NCBI GenBank assembly: GCA_964596735.1
Contig: CAZQVF010000002.1
Location: forward strand, 18,321-82,320
DNA: 64,000 nt
Reading direction: 5' to 3'
DNA from: an uncultured Gammaproteobacteria bacterium
GTDB lineage: Bacteria; Patescibacteriota; Patescibacteriia; UBA2591; UBA6264
A program made the position numbers and the translations under genes. How positions within the stretch are numbered: position 1 is the first letter of the stretch; each line of letters begins with the position of its first letter. Below are positions 1 through 10,044 of this stretch, piece after piece. Under the pieces are notes generated by a model, which did no database searches, was not told the origin of the DNA, and saw only the letters and a list, made by a program, of their open reading frames with translations.

Positions 1-85
1 CATGTACCTCCTGCATGGATGGACCTGGTGAGAATCCTGTAGGTACCGCTGGCGCCGGTTTCCGGCGGTACCTACTACTCTTTTT

Positions 86-110
86 AAATGGGCAATCTGC
101 CCATTTTTTT
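86..110 (+). terminator. Intrinsic terminator of a transcript entering from upstream of the window
   Basis: AAATGGGCA-atc-TGCCCATTT hairpin running into a T-tract. Confidence 0.65.
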
Positions 111-162
111 CTTTACTCTTAACCTTAATTCTGCTAAAATACTATATAATTAATACTCTTAT

Positions 163-1416
163 ATGATTGACCTTCCTCAAAATACTCCTTTAGCTGATAG
201 AATGAGGCCCTTGTCTTTAAAGGGTTTTTTGGGTCAAGAAGAAATTATTGGGGAAAATACTCTTTTAAAACAGGCAATTGAGTCTGATCAAGTGCCTTCA
301 ATGATTTTTTGGGGACCGCCAGGCAGTGGAAAAACCACCCTGGCTTTTATTTTAGCTAAAAAAACCAAGTCAGATTTTTATCAAATTAGTGCGGTTAATA
401 CCGGGTTAAAAGATTTAAGAGAAATTATTAAAAAAGCAAAAGAGAATAAGGAAAAGAATAAGAAGACAATTCTTTTTATTGATGAAATTCATCGCTGGAA
501 TAAAAAACAACAAGATGCTCTTTTGCCTTCTGTGGAAAAAGGGGAGATTATTTTAATCGGAGCAACAACTGAAAATCCTAGTTTTGAAGTGGTTAGTGCT
601 TTGCTTTCTCGTTGTCGGGTTTTTGTTTTAAAATCATTAGACAAAGATCAATTAATTAAAATTATTAAAAGTGCTTTAAGGGATAAGAAAAAAGGATTAG
701 GTCAATTAAAAATTAAAGTTAATAACAAGGTCATAGAGATGATTGCCCAGATGAGCAATGGTGATGCCCGAACCTCATTAAATACTTTAGAATATGCTGT
801 TTTTTCCAGTCCAGATAAAGGAATAAAAACTAAGAATAAAAAAGATAAAGGGGTTTTAGAAATTACCTCTGATATGATTAAACAGGCTTTTCAAAAATCT
901 CATCTTTTTTATGATAAAGATGGTGAAGAACATTACAATATTATTTCTGCTTTACATAAATCAATGCGCGGTTCTAATGCCAATGCCGCTCTTTATTGGT
1001 TAGCCAGAATGCTTGAGGCAGGAGAAGACCCCTTATATGTGGCCAGAAGACTGGTTCGTTTTGCTTCTGAAGACATTGGTTTGGCTAACTCAAGGGCCTT
1101 GGAACAGGCAGTGTCGGCTTATCAGGCTTGTCATTTTATTGGTATGCCGGAATGTAATGTTATTCTGGCTCAAACAGTGGTTTATATGGCTAAGTGTAAA
1201 AAATCCAATGCCTTGTATGTGGCTTATGAGCAAGCTAAACAAGACGTAGAAAATCATGGGAATTTACCCGTGCCTTTACATATTCGCAATGCCCCGACCC
1301 AGTTAATGAAAGACCTAGGTTATGCCAAGGGATATAAATATAGTCCTGATCATGATTATAAAGAAAAACAAGAATACTTACCTGATAAATTAAAAAATAG
1401 AAAGTATTTGAAATAA
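163..1416 (+). CDS. rarA: Replication-associated recombination protein A (RarA/MgsA AAA+ ATPase)
   Basis: PLADRMRP N-terminus, Walker A GPPGSGKT, Walker [26 protein letters not shown] and [10 protein letters not shown] motifs. Confidence 0.96.
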   Translation: MIDLPQNTPLADRMRPLSLKGFLGQEEIIGENTLLKQAIESDQVPSMIFWGPPGSGKTTLAFILAKKTKSDFYQISAVNTGLKDLREIIKKAKENKEKNKKTILFIDEIHRWNKKQQDALLPSVEKGEIILIGATTENPSFEVVSALLSRCRVFVLKSLDKDQLIKIIKSALRDKKKGLGQLKIKVNNKVIEMIAQMSNGDARTSLNTLEYAVFSSPDKGIKTKNKKDKGVLEITSDMIKQAFQKSHLFYDKDGEEHYNIISALHKSMRGSNANAALYWLARMLEAGEDPLYVARRLVRFASEDIGLANSRALEQAVSAYQACHFIGMPECNVILAQTVVYMAKCKKSNALYVAYEQAKQDVENHGNLPVPLHIRNAPTQLMKDLGYAKGYKYSPDHDYKEKQEYLPDKLKNRKYLK

Positions 1417-1431
1417 TAAACGTTTCTTAGT

Positions 1432-1971
1432 ATGGCTAAAGAATTTGAAACAAAAGTTTTAGACATTGATGTCTCAGAGATTGAAAAAAAACTTCTTGAT
1501 TTAGGGGCAAAAAAACAACCCCAAGTTTTAATGAAAAGATGGGTTTTTGTTTTTGATTCCTTGGGCAACGAGTATATCCGGGTACGTGATGAAGGAGATA
1601 AAATAACCTTGACCTATAAGAAGAAAACGGGTAGGGGCATTGGTCAAACTGAAGAAATAGAAGTTGAGGTTAATGATTTTGAGAAAACTGCTGAAATTCT
1701 TTTTAAAATACCCTGGCAAGCAAAATATTATCACGAAAGTAAAAGAACACTTTTTCTTTTAAAAGATATTGAGTTTACTATTGATCTACGGCCAAAAATT
1801 CCTGCTTATTTGGAGATTGAATCTTTTAGAAAAGAAAAGGTAAAACAGGGTTTATCATTATTGAAATTAGAGGGCAAGGACATGGGCGATTTGCACATTA
1901 AAGATGTATACTTAAAATATGGCATAGACTTATTTTCTTTTCCAGAATTAAAATTTAAAGAAAACAAATAA
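1432..1971 (+). CDS. CYTH-domain (class IV adenylate cyclase/triphosphatase-like) protein
   Basis: N-terminal ExExK (EFETK), IRVR, LTYK, EEIEVEV, YLEIE. Confidence 0.85.
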   Translation: MAKEFETKVLDIDVSEIEKKLLDLGAKKQPQVLMKRWVFVFDSLGNEYIRVRDEGDKITLTYKKKTGRGIGQTEEIEVEVNDFEKTAEILFKIPWQAKYYHESKRTLFLLKDIEFTIDLRPKIPAYLEIESFRKEKVKQGLSLLKLEGKDMGDLHIKDVYLKYGIDLFSFPELKFKENK

Positions 1972-1977
1972 AATACT

Positions 1978-2832
1978 ATGGCAACAAAGACAAAAAAATC
2001 TAGGTGGGATACGCAAAAGCTTTCAGGTTCTCGTTCTAAAAGAGAAGCAGCTTCGGCTCCACGTCAGAATGATTTAAAAATTTATGAGAAGTTTTTAAAA
2101 CAAGCAATTAAAAACAAGAAAAATCCCAAAGCCCTTATTTTAGGAGCCACTCCAGAATTAAGAGACTTGTGTTTAAAACATAAATGCGAAACAGTAGCGG
2201 TTGATGTCAGTTGGAATGTCTTGGTTGCTATGCATAAACAAATGAAATACAAAAACAACCCTAAAAACAAAGTTGCTTTATATGATTGGTTACAAATAGA
2301 TAAGCTCTTTAAAAACAATTATTTTGATGTTGCCTTGGCTGATGCTTCTTTAAACAATCTTAAAACAAAATATCATCTTCCCATGTTTAAGGTTTTAAAC
2401 AGGGTATTAAAACCCAGGGCTGGGTTTATTACTCGTAATGCTGTACTTCAAAAGGAATTAGTAGATAAGCCCATATCCTTTTTTCAAAAAGCTTATAACC
2501 AGGGTGATTTAGATTGGTTAGAGTATTATTGGGTTTTCTTAGTTATCTGGCATAAACAAATTGAAATTGCTCCCTATGAACATAGCGTTGCCAAACTGAA
2601 CCATAAATTTAAAGTTCTTTTAAATAAAAAATTAGTTAAGATACGCCCGGCTGATAAATGGAAAATAGATAATGTTATATTTCATGCCGCTAAAGTTGTT
2701 CACACTGAATTTCCTAAAAACAAGTTTGAACAAATGGCAAAGAAGTATTTTAAGGTTGTTGATGTTGATTATAAAAGCAAAAACAAGGAAATTCGTTATA
2801 TTCCCATTTATTATTTTAAAAATAAAAAGTAA
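1978..2832 (+). CDS. Class I SAM-dependent methyltransferase-like protein
   Basis: ALILGATPE...AVDVS, FDVALAD and RVLKP motifs of the class I fold; substrate unknown. Confidence 0.7.
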   Translation: MATKTKKSRWDTQKLSGSRSKREAASAPRQNDLKIYEKFLKQAIKNKKNPKALILGATPELRDLCLKHKCETVAVDVSWNVLVAMHKQMKYKNNPKNKVALYDWLQIDKLFKNNYFDVALADASLNNLKTKYHLPMFKVLNRVLKPRAGFITRNAVLQKELVDKPISFFQKAYNQGDLDWLEYYWVFLVIWHKQIEIAPYEHSVAKLNHKFKVLLNKKLVKIRPADKWKIDNVIFHAAKVVHTEFPKNKFEQMAKKYFKVVDVDYKSKNKEIRYIPIYYFKNKK

Positions 2833-2842
2833 TTGATCAGAT

Positions 2843-3608
2843 ATGGTTCTTACAGATATTGCTATTATATTTACTCTTGGTTCTTTAGCTGGTTGGTTAA
2901 TTGAGCTGATTTTTGTTGGTTTGATTAAGGAGAAAAAACTAGTTAATCCTGGATTTTTAAACGGCCCTTATTTACCAATTTATGGCACTGGGGCTATTTT
3001 ATTATATTTTGTTTCTGGGCTTAATATAGATTTTGTTTTTAAATTGATCTTGTTTATCATTTCCAACTACATTATTAGAGCTAATTGTTGGGTTTTTCTT
3101 TTTTTACTATTACAACCTTAGATTATGGGATTATTCTGATGAAATTCTTAACCACAAAGGGCATATTTGCCTGATTTATTCATTTTATTGGGTAATTCTG
3201 TCTATTTTGTTTTATTTCTTTATTTACCCTGTTTTAGGCAATATTTTGCTCTTTTTTAACACTTATACAGGCTTATTATTCGTTTTAGGCCTGTTTTACG
3301 GGGTTTTCTTGGTTGATTTGATAAATTCCTTTAGTTTAGCCTATAAAATGCGGGTGTTTTTGATTAAATTTAATAAAAATAGGCTGGTTAAATTAAGGGT
3401 TAATTATGTTGTTTTTAAGCAAAAAATTACCTTTGTTTTAAAGCAAAAGCATTTGGCCAACTTTTTTAAAAGGTTTTTCTTTTCTTTTAATAATTTAAAT
3501 CAAAATGACTTGTCAAAACAATTAGATAAATTTTTAGAAATTAGAAAAGAAAGATTTAAAAATGGTTTGGAAAAAATCAAAGAAATTATTAAAAGAGTAG
3601 ATGACTAA
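2843..3608 (+). pseudogene. Putative ABC-transporter type IV (CmpB/DUF1113-like) membrane protein split by a single-base frameshift (pseudogene or sequencing error)
   Basis: ORF 2843-3121 has GWLIE...GFLNGPYLPIYG. From 3063 the +1 frame reads PTTLLELIVG...LWDYS...NHKGHICL and runs into ORF 3207-3608. Removing one T at 3060-3062 gives a 254-aa ORF. Confidence 0.8.
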
Positions 3609-4308
3609 ATTAACACTATCGCAATTAAAAAAAGAATTAAAAAATTTAGCTAACCCTAAACAAGCTAAGATTTTACAAAGGTTTTTTAAAACCGGGCCAG
3701 ATGAATATGGAGCCGGTGATATTTTCTTAGGCATTAAAGTTCCTGTTCAAAGAGGAGTGGCTAAGAAATATACTCATCTTGGTTTTGACAATATTAAGAA
3801 TTTATTAAAAAGCAAGATTCATGAACATCGTTTGGTCGGTATTCTTATACTAGTTAGCAAATACAAAGAAGTAGGGGAGCAAGAGAAAAAAAAGATTTTT
3901 AGTTTTTATTTAAAAAACCATCAAGGAATAAATAATTGGGACCTGGTTGATCTTTCCGCATCTAATATTGTTGGTGATTATTTATTAAACAAGAACAAAG
4001 ACGTTTTGTATAAATTAGCCAAGTCAAAAAATCTTTGGCAAAAAAGAATTGCTATCATCTCCACTTTTACTTTTATTAAAAACGACAAGTTTAATGATAC
4101 TTTAAAAATTTCTAAGATCTTATTAAATGATGATCATGATTTGATTCATAAGGCCGTTGGCTGGATGTTAAGGGAATTAGGAAAGAGAGACCAGAAAATT
4201 GAAGAAGAATTTTTAAAAAAACATATTAAGAAAATGCCTCGGACAATGTTAAGGTATGCTATTGAAAGATTTGAAGAAAAAAAGAGAAAGTCTTATTTGG
4301 CAAAATAG
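3601..4308 (+). CDS. DNA alkylation repair protein (AlkD-like HEAT-repeat glycosylase)
   Basis: FFKTG..EYG.GD.FLG, NNWDLVD, DLIHKAVGWMLRE, MPRTMLRYAIE. Confidence 0.92.
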   Translation: MTKLTLSQLKKELKNLANPKQAKILQRFFKTGPDEYGAGDIFLGIKVPVQRGVAKKYTHLGFDNIKNLLKSKIHEHRLVGILILVSKYKEVGEQEKKKIFSFYLKNHQGINNWDLVDLSASNIVGDYLLNKNKDVLYKLAKSKNLWQKRIAIISTFTFIKNDKFNDTLKISKILLNDDHDLIHKAVGWMLRELGKRDQKIEEEFLKKHIKKMPRTMLRYAIERFEEKKRKSYLAK

Positions 4309-4367
4309 TCGTTTTTTTAGGCTATTTTCCCTTGTCTAAAATTAATAATTTTGTTAAAATCTTATTA

Positions 4368-4793
4368 ATGTTTAAGAAAAAGAAAAAAGAAATTGTTGTT
4401 GCTGCTTCTGGATATTTTAATCCTTTGCATATTGGTCATCTTCGTTGTTTACAAGCGGCTAAGAAATTAGGGACAAAATTAGTCGTTATTCTTAATAGTG
4501 ATGATCAAGTAAAAGTAAAAGGTAGTGTTGCTTTTATGCCTGAAAAAGAAAGAATAGAAATTGTTAAAGCTTTAAGGTCAGTTGATGAAGTTGTTTTGTC
4601 GATTGATAAAGATGAAACAGTTTGTAAAAGCTTAAAATTGGTTAGGCCTGATATCTTTGCCAAAGGAGGAGACCGGACATTGGATAATATTCCTGAAGTA
4701 CCAGTTTGTGAGAAATTGGGGATTAAAATGGTTTTTGATGTTGGCGGAGGAAAAGTTCAGTCATCTTCTTGGTTGATTAAAAAAAATAATTAA
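4368..4793 (+). CDS. Cytidylyltransferase-family nucleotidyltransferase (RfaE/TagD/RibL-like)
   Basis: SGYFNPLHIGH (HxGH), FAKGGDR, KVQSSS. ATG 4368 preferred because the TTG at 4332 is the -35 box of the promoter. Confidence 0.88.
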   Translation: MFKKKKKEIVVAASGYFNPLHIGHLRCLQAAKKLGTKLVVILNSDDQVKVKGSVAFMPEKERIEIVKALRSVDEVVLSIDKDETVCKSLKLVRPDIFAKGGDRTLDNIPEVPVCEKLGIKMVFDVGGGKVQSSSWLIKKNN

Positions 4794-4814
4794 ATAGTTT
4801 AATAAAAAATAAAA

Positions 4815-5501
4815 ATGAAAAAGACAACACTTATTATTGCGCTTTTACTTATTCCTTTATTTTTAATAGGATGTGGTAAAACAACAGAAGAACCTGTTGG
4901 AGAGGGGTCTACGCAAGAACCTGTTGTAGAAAACATCTGCCATCAAATGACTGTTAAAGAAGCAATGGAAGTTGCTTTAAATAGTGATTGTGTGACTGAA
5001 GGTTCTTTATTAGAAGATACGGCTGTTTGTAATGAAAGTACAGGAACCTGGTGGATTGATTTAGACGTTGATAAACCAGGATGTAAGCCTGCTTGTGTCG
5101 TCGATATTAAAACAGCAGGAGAAGCAAGTATTAATTGGCGTTGTACAGGATTAATTATGGAAGATCAAGTAACAGAATTAAAAATAGAAACCTTGGTAGA
5201 AGGAACAGGAGATAGAGAAGTAAAATCAGGAGATGAAATTAATGTTCATTATACTGGAACCTTAACTAATGGTATTAAATTTGACTCTAGTCTTGACCGG
5301 GGCGAGCCATTTACTTTTACTATTGGAGTTAAACAAGTTATTCAGGGCTGGGAACAAGGACTTTTAGGAATGAAAGTTGGTGAAAAAAGAAAATTAACTA
5401 TTCCTTCAGATTTAGCTTATGGAGAAAGAGGAGCTGGCGCATCAATTCCTCCAAATGCAACTTTGATTTTTGAAGTTGAATTAGTTTCTTTTGCTGAGTA
5501 A
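4815..5501 (+). CDS. Lipoprotein FKBP-type peptidyl-prolyl isomerase with Cys-rich N-terminal domain
   Basis: Lipobox LIGC; C-terminal VHYTG...FDSS...VIQGWEQG...[13 protein letters not shown]. Confidence 0.92.
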   Translation: MKKTTLIIALLLIPLFLIGCGKTTEEPVGEGSTQEPVVENICHQMTVKEAMEVALNSDCVTEGSLLEDTAVCNESTGTWWIDLDVDKPGCKPACVVDIKTAGEASINWRCTGLIMEDQVTELKIETLVEGTGDREVKSGDEINVHYTGTLTNGIKFDSSLDRGEPFTFTIGVKQVIQGWEQGLLGMKVGEKRKLTIPSDLAYGERGAGASIPPNATLIFEVELVSFAE

Positions 5502-5507
5502 TTTAAC

Positions 5508-6494
5508 ATGAACAGGGTATATCTTTTAAAAGGCTTTAAAGGCTTAGAGATTAGAGTTAAAAATATTTTAACTGATTTTTATTCAATTAAAGATAAAGTT
5601 CTTATTAAAATTCATTTTGGTGAACCAGGCAATAAACTTGCTTTTATGCCTAAGGATATTAAGCCGGTGATCATGGCTATGAATTCTTTGGGTTTAAAGT
5701 CTGTTTTTATTGACACAACTGTTGCTTATAATTCACCAAGAAATTCTATTAAGGGATATGAGAAAGTTGTCAGAAAAAGAGGCTATGACCAACTAGCCCC
5801 TTTTCTTATCTCTAAAAAGAGCCAGAAGATTAAGACAAAAGATTTTGTAGCTGGGGTTTGCCAAGAATTAATTAATGCAAAAAATGTTTTAGTTCTTTCT
5901 CATGTTAAAGGACATTCCTGTGCTGGTTTTGGTGGAGCAATAAAAAATTTGGGCATGGGCGGCGTAGACAAAGAAACTAAGGGAATCGAGCATGGTTTAA
6001 GTCGTCCTCGTTTTGTGGCTGAATGTCAAGGCTGTGGTATTTGTGCTGAATTTTGTCCAGCCAAGGCAATAAAAATGGTTGACAATAAAGCTAAAATTGA
6101 TTTAGATTCTTGTTGGGGTTGTTCAATTTGTCAATTACAATGTTCTTATAAATGTTTAGAACCAGAAAAAGCCTTGTTTGATGACCTATTAGCCCAAGGA
6201 GCCGCGGCGGTAATTAATAATTTACCCAAGAAAACTTTTTACATTAATTTTATTAAAAACATTACTAAACATTGTGATTGTGAGCCAAATCCGGGAGGGA
6301 TTATTGGGAAAGACATTGGCGTGCTTTTCTCAGATAATCCCGTTGCCATTGATAAGGCCAGTGTTGATTTGATTAATGAGTTGAATAAAAAAGACCTGTT
6401 TCAAGAAATAAATCACAAAGATCCACTTTTACATGTTAATTTTGCTGAAAAGTATACTAATAAAAAGTCAGATTATGAATTAATAACCATTTAA
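5508..6494 (+). CDS. DUF362 Fe-S protein with inserted 2x[4Fe-4S] ferredoxin domain
   Basis: IKIHFGEPGN, SHVKGH..AGFGGAIKNLGMG, two CxxCxxCxxxC motifs, CDC, DNPVAID. Confidence 0.88.
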   Translation: MNRVYLLKGFKGLEIRVKNILTDFYSIKDKVLIKIHFGEPGNKLAFMPKDIKPVIMAMNSLGLKSVFIDTTVAYNSPRNSIKGYEKVVRKRGYDQLAPFLISKKSQKIKTKDFVAGVCQELINAKNVLVLSHVKGHSCAGFGGAIKNLGMGGVDKETKGIEHGLSRPRFVAECQGCGICAEFCPAKAIKMVDNKAKIDLDSCWGCSICQLQCSYKCLEPEKALFDDLLAQGAAAVINNLPKKTFYINFIKNITKHCDCEPNPGGIIGKDIGVLFSDNPVAIDKASVDLINELNKKDLFQEINHKDPLLHVNFAEKYTNKKSDYELITI

Positions 6495-6504
6495 ATAAAA
6501 TATT

Positions 6505-6609
6505 ATGCATAGAAAAAAAGCAAGAAAGATAGCTAAGGTTATGAAAGAAAAAGGGGTAAAAAAGCTGTCAAAAAATCAAAAAAGAAAACTAAAAAACCAA
6601 TTTAAATAA
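6505..6609 (+). CDS. Small, very basic 34-aa peptide MHRKKARKIAKVMKEKGVKKLSKNQKRKLKNQFK (not in ORF track)
   Basis: ATG..TAA frame read directly; fills the gap, 10 nt after the DUF362 stop and 6 nt before the ppdK ATG. Confidence 0.55.
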   Translation: MHRKKARKIAKVMKEKGVKKLSKNQKRKLKNQFK

Positions 6610-6615
6610 AAAACA

Positions 6616-9231
6616 ATGAAAACAGTTTATTACTTTGGCGGCAAAAAGGCAGATGGCCGAGCCGAAATGAAAGACCTTTTAGGGGGAAAAGGCGCTAATT
6701 TAGCAGAAATGGTTAATTTGGGTTTACCCGTACCACCTGGATTTACTATTACCACTAAAGTTTGTCAATATTTTTTACAACATCATGGCAAATTACCATT
6801 GAATCTTGATTCAGAAATTAAAAAATCTATTCAAAAAATAGAGAAAAGTGTTGGTAAAAAATTTGGTGATGTTAATAATCCTTTATTAGTTTCTGTGCGC
6901 AGTGGATCAAAATTTTCCATGCCTGGAATGATGGATACGGTTTTAAATTTAGGATTAAATGACAAAACCGTGCTAGGTTTAGCCAAGCAATCAAATAATT
7001 ATCGTTCTGCCTTTGATGCTTATCGTCGTTTACTTCATATGTTTGGCGACGTTGTTCTTGGGGTAGATAAAAAATTATTTGAGCAGATTTTGACTCAGAC
7101 TAAAAAAAGATTAAAAATTGAGTTTGACACTGAATTGACAGGACAAGATTTAAAAAATCTTGTTACTAAATACAAAAAATTAATTAAACAAAAAACAAAA
7201 AAAGCTTTTCCTCAGGATCCTTGGCAACAATTAACCATGGCTAGGGATGCTGTTTTTAAAAGCTGGAATGTTCCTCGGGCCAAAACTTACAGAAGGTTAA
7301 ATAAAATTTCTGAAGACTTAGGCACAGCCGTGAATGTTCAGGCCATGGTTTTTGGTAACCTAGGTGACCATAGTGCCACTGGGGTTGGATTTACTCGTGA
7401 TCCAGCTACTGGCAAAGATAGGTTTTATGGGGAATATTTAATTAACGCCCAAGGAGAAGATGTGGTTGCTGGAATCAGAACTCCCAAACAAATTCAAGAA
7501 TTAAAAAAAGAAATGCCTTTGATTTATAAAAGGCTTTATACTTTGACAAAAAAATTAGAAAGACACTATAAAGATATTCAAGATTTTGAGTTCACAGTTG
7601 AAAGAAATAAATTATATATTCTTCAAACCAGAAATGGCAAGAGAACGGCTCAAGCGGCAATTAAAATTTCCGTGGACATGGTTAAACAAGGGTTAATTAC
7701 TAAAAAACAAGCTGTTTTAAGATTTGAACCAGCTCAAATAGACCAATTATTACACCCCATTATTAGTCCCCAGGCTAAGGTCAAAGTTGTCGCTAAAGGC
7801 CTGCCTGCTTCACCAGGGGCCGGGGTGGGTAAGGTTGTTTTTAGTGCCGATGAAGCCGTTAAACAAAGTAAAAAGGGTCCGGTAATTTTAGTTAGAACAG
7901 AAACTTGTCCTGATGACATTCATGGCATGGACGTAGCTCAAGGTGTTTTAACCGCCAGAGGCGGGATGACTAGTCATGCCGCTGTTGTGGCTAGGGGGAT
8001 GGGTAAATGTTGTGTGGCTGGTTGTGAATCAATTAAAGTAGATGAGAAAAAGAAAAAGATTTTTATTGACAAACTTGTTGTTAAAACAGGGGATTGGTTG
8101 ACTTTAAATGGAACAAAAGGCCAGGTAATCTTAGGTAAAGTAAAGACAATTGAACCTAAATTAAGTGGTGATTTTGGCTATTTTATGAAATGGGTTGACC
8201 AAATTCGTAAAATTAAAGTGCGAACAAATGCTGATAATCCCAAAGACGCAAAAGTAGCTAGAGAATTTGGGGCTCAAGGCATTGGCCTGTGTCGAACCGA
8301 ACATATGTTTTTCGCCCAAGAACGTTTACCTTTTATGCAGCAAATGATTTTAGCTGACAATGAAGAACAACGAAGAAAAGCTTTAAACAAACTTTTGCCT
8401 TTTCAAAAGAAAGACTTTAAAGGTTTGTTTAAAACAATGAAGGGCTTTCCTGTAACGATTAGAACATTAGATCCTCCTTTGCATGAGTTTTTACCAAAAA
8501 CTAAAAAAGAAGCTCAAATATTAAGTAAAAAGATTAAAGTCTCAGAAAAAAAGATTTGGGAAAAAGCTGAAGAATTGGCAGAAGTTAATCCCATGCTTGG
8601 TCATCGAGGTTGTCGTTTAGGTATTACTTATCCAGAAATTACCGAGATGCAAGTGAAGGCGATTATCTCAGCCGCTTGTGAATTGGCCAAACAAAAGATT
8701 AATGTTGTTCCGGAAATTATGATTCCTTTGGTTGGTCATTTAAATGAATTTGTTGACCAAGAAAAATTAGCTAGAAAAACAGCTGGACAGACCATGAAAA
8801 AGTATAAGGTTAGAGTGAAGTATACGGTGGGAACAATGATTGAGGTTCCTCGAGCTGCTTTAACCGCTGATCAGATTGCCAAACATGCTGAATTCTTTTC
8901 TTTTGGCACTAATGATTTAACGCAAATGGGTTTTGGTTTTTCCAGAGATGATGCTGGAAAGTTTATTAAAATCTATTTAGAAAAGGATATTTTTAAAAAT
9001 GATCCTTTTCAGGTGTTAGACCAACAAGGCATTGGCCAATTAGTAAAAACAGGCATTGCCAAGGGTAGAAAAACTAGAAAAGATTTAAAAGTGGGCATTT
9101 GCGGAGAACATGGCGGTGAACCAAATAGTGTTAAATTTTGCTGTAAAGTAGGTATGAATTATGTTAGCTGTTCTCCTTATCGAGTGCCTATTGCCAGATT
9201 AGCCGCGGCTCAAGCAGTGATTGAGAAATAA
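6616..9231 (+). CDS. ppdK: Pyruvate, phosphate dikinase
   Basis: LLGGKGANLAEM, PLLVSVRSG, GGMTSHAAVVARG phospho-His, GIGLCRTEHMF, FSFGTNDLTQ, GICGEHGG. Confidence 0.98.
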   Translation: MKTVYYFGGKKADGRAEMKDLLGGKGANLAEMVNLGLPVPPGFTITTKVCQYFLQHHGKLPLNLDSEIKKSIQKIEKSVGKKFGDVNNPLLVSVRSGSKFSMPGMMDTVLNLGLNDKTVLGLAKQSNNYRSAFDAYRRLLHMFGDVVLGVDKKLFEQILTQTKKRLKIEFDTELTGQDLKNLVTKYKKLIKQKTKKAFPQDPWQQLTMARDAVFKSWNVPRAKTYRRLNKISEDLGTAVNVQAMVFGNLGDHSATGVGFTRDPATGKDRFYGEYLINAQGEDVVAGIRTPKQIQELKKEMPLIYKRLYTLTKKLERHYKDIQDFEFTVERNKLYILQTRNGKRTAQAAIKISVDMVKQGLITKKQAVLRFEPAQIDQLLHPIISPQAKVKVVAKGLPASPGAGVGKVVFSADEAVKQSKKGPVILVRTETCPDDIHGMDVAQGVLTARGGMTSHAAVVARGMGKCCVAGCESIKVDEKKKKIFIDKLVVKTGDWLTLNGTKGQVILGKVKTIEPKLSGDFGYFMKWVDQIRKIKVRTNADNPKDAKVAREFGAQGIGLCRTEHMFFAQERLPFMQQMILADNEEQRRKALNKLLPFQKKDFKGLFKTMKGFPVTIRTLDPPLHEFLPKTKKEAQILSKKIKVSEKKIWEKAEELAEVNPMLGHRGCRLGITYPEITEMQVKAIISAACELAKQKINVVPEIMIPLVGHLNEFVDQEKLARKTAGQTMKKYKVRVKYTVGTMIEVPRAALTADQIAKHAEFFSFGTNDLTQMGFGFSRDDAGKFIKIYLEKDIFKNDPFQVLDQQGIGQLVKTGIAKGRKTRKDLKVGICGEHGGEPNSVKFCCKVGMNYVSCSPYRVPIARLAAAQAVIEK

Positions 9232-9249
9232 ATATTATACTTTACTTTT

Positions 9250-9286
9250 AAAAAACAGGAATAAATGCTAATTATCCCTGTTTTTT
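9250..9286 (+). terminator. Intrinsic terminator after ppdK
   Basis: AAAAAACAGGAATAA...TTATCCCTGTTTTTT imperfect hairpin with T-tract. Confidence 0.6.
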
Positions 9287-9338
9287 ATATTGCCTTATAT
9301 CACTGGTTTGATATAATATAGGCTGATATGATAATCTT

Positions 9339-9587
9339 ATGAAAAAGACTATTTATTTAGCTATGTTTGTTGTTTTGGGTGTTTTGATTGCTTTTTTGAT
9401 TTATGCGATGACCGAAGTCTGGTATATTGACTTATTAATCAAGGATTTTCAAAAATACAGCTTGGGCTTTTCTTGGGCTCACTGGTTTGTGATTAATCGT
9501 CTTTTGTCAGTTATTTTCTTTACTGGAGGAATTTTCGCCGGTTATTATCAAGGAGTATTTTGGTGGAAAAAGATATATGAGAAATAG
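9339..9587 (+). CDS. Small two-TM membrane protein of unknown function
   Basis: 82 aa, two hydrophobic segments, own TTGCCT-16-TATAAT promoter (9290-9317). Confidence 0.7.
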   Translation: MKKTIYLAMFVVLGVLIAFLIYAMTEVWYIDLLIKDFQKYSLGFSWAHWFVINRLLSVIFFTGGIFAGYYQGVFWWKKIYEK

Positions 9588-9639
9588 GCTTATTTATACT
9601 GTTATTTAGCCTGTTTTTTGCTATAATAACATAATAAAT

Positions 9640-10029
9640 ATGGAAAAAAAATCATTTAAAATTTTACTTATTGAAGATGACCAGTTTATTCGCCGTATTT
9701 GTAAAAACGGCCTAGAACGAAGTGGTTTTAATGTAATAACAGCTGCGGAGGGGAAAGAAGGGATGAAAAAAGCAAAAGAACAAAATCCAGATCTAATTCT
9801 CTCTGACTTAGTCATGCCCCATAGAAATGGTTTTGAAACAATGGAACAAATAAAAAAAGATAAACAATTAAAAGATATTCCAATAATTATTCTTTCTAAT
9901 TTGGGTCAAGAATCAGATATTCAAAAAATAAAAGAGTTGGGAGCCGTCGACTATTTAATTAAGTCTGATTTTAAAATAAAAGAAGTGGTAGAGAAAATAA
10001 AATCCCATTTGGCTAAATTAGAAAAATAA
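9640..10029 (+). CDS. Single-domain response regulator (receiver only)
   Basis: LLIEDD, DLILSD phosphoacceptor, ILSN, YLIK. Confidence 0.92.
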   Translation: MEKKSFKILLIEDDQFIRRICKNGLERSGFNVITAAEGKEGMKKAKEQNPDLILSDLVMPHRNGFETMEQIKKDKQLKDIPIIILSNLGQESDIQKIKELGAVDYLIKSDFKIKEVVEKIKSHLAKLEK

Positions 10030-10044
10030 AAGGAGGAATAAAAT

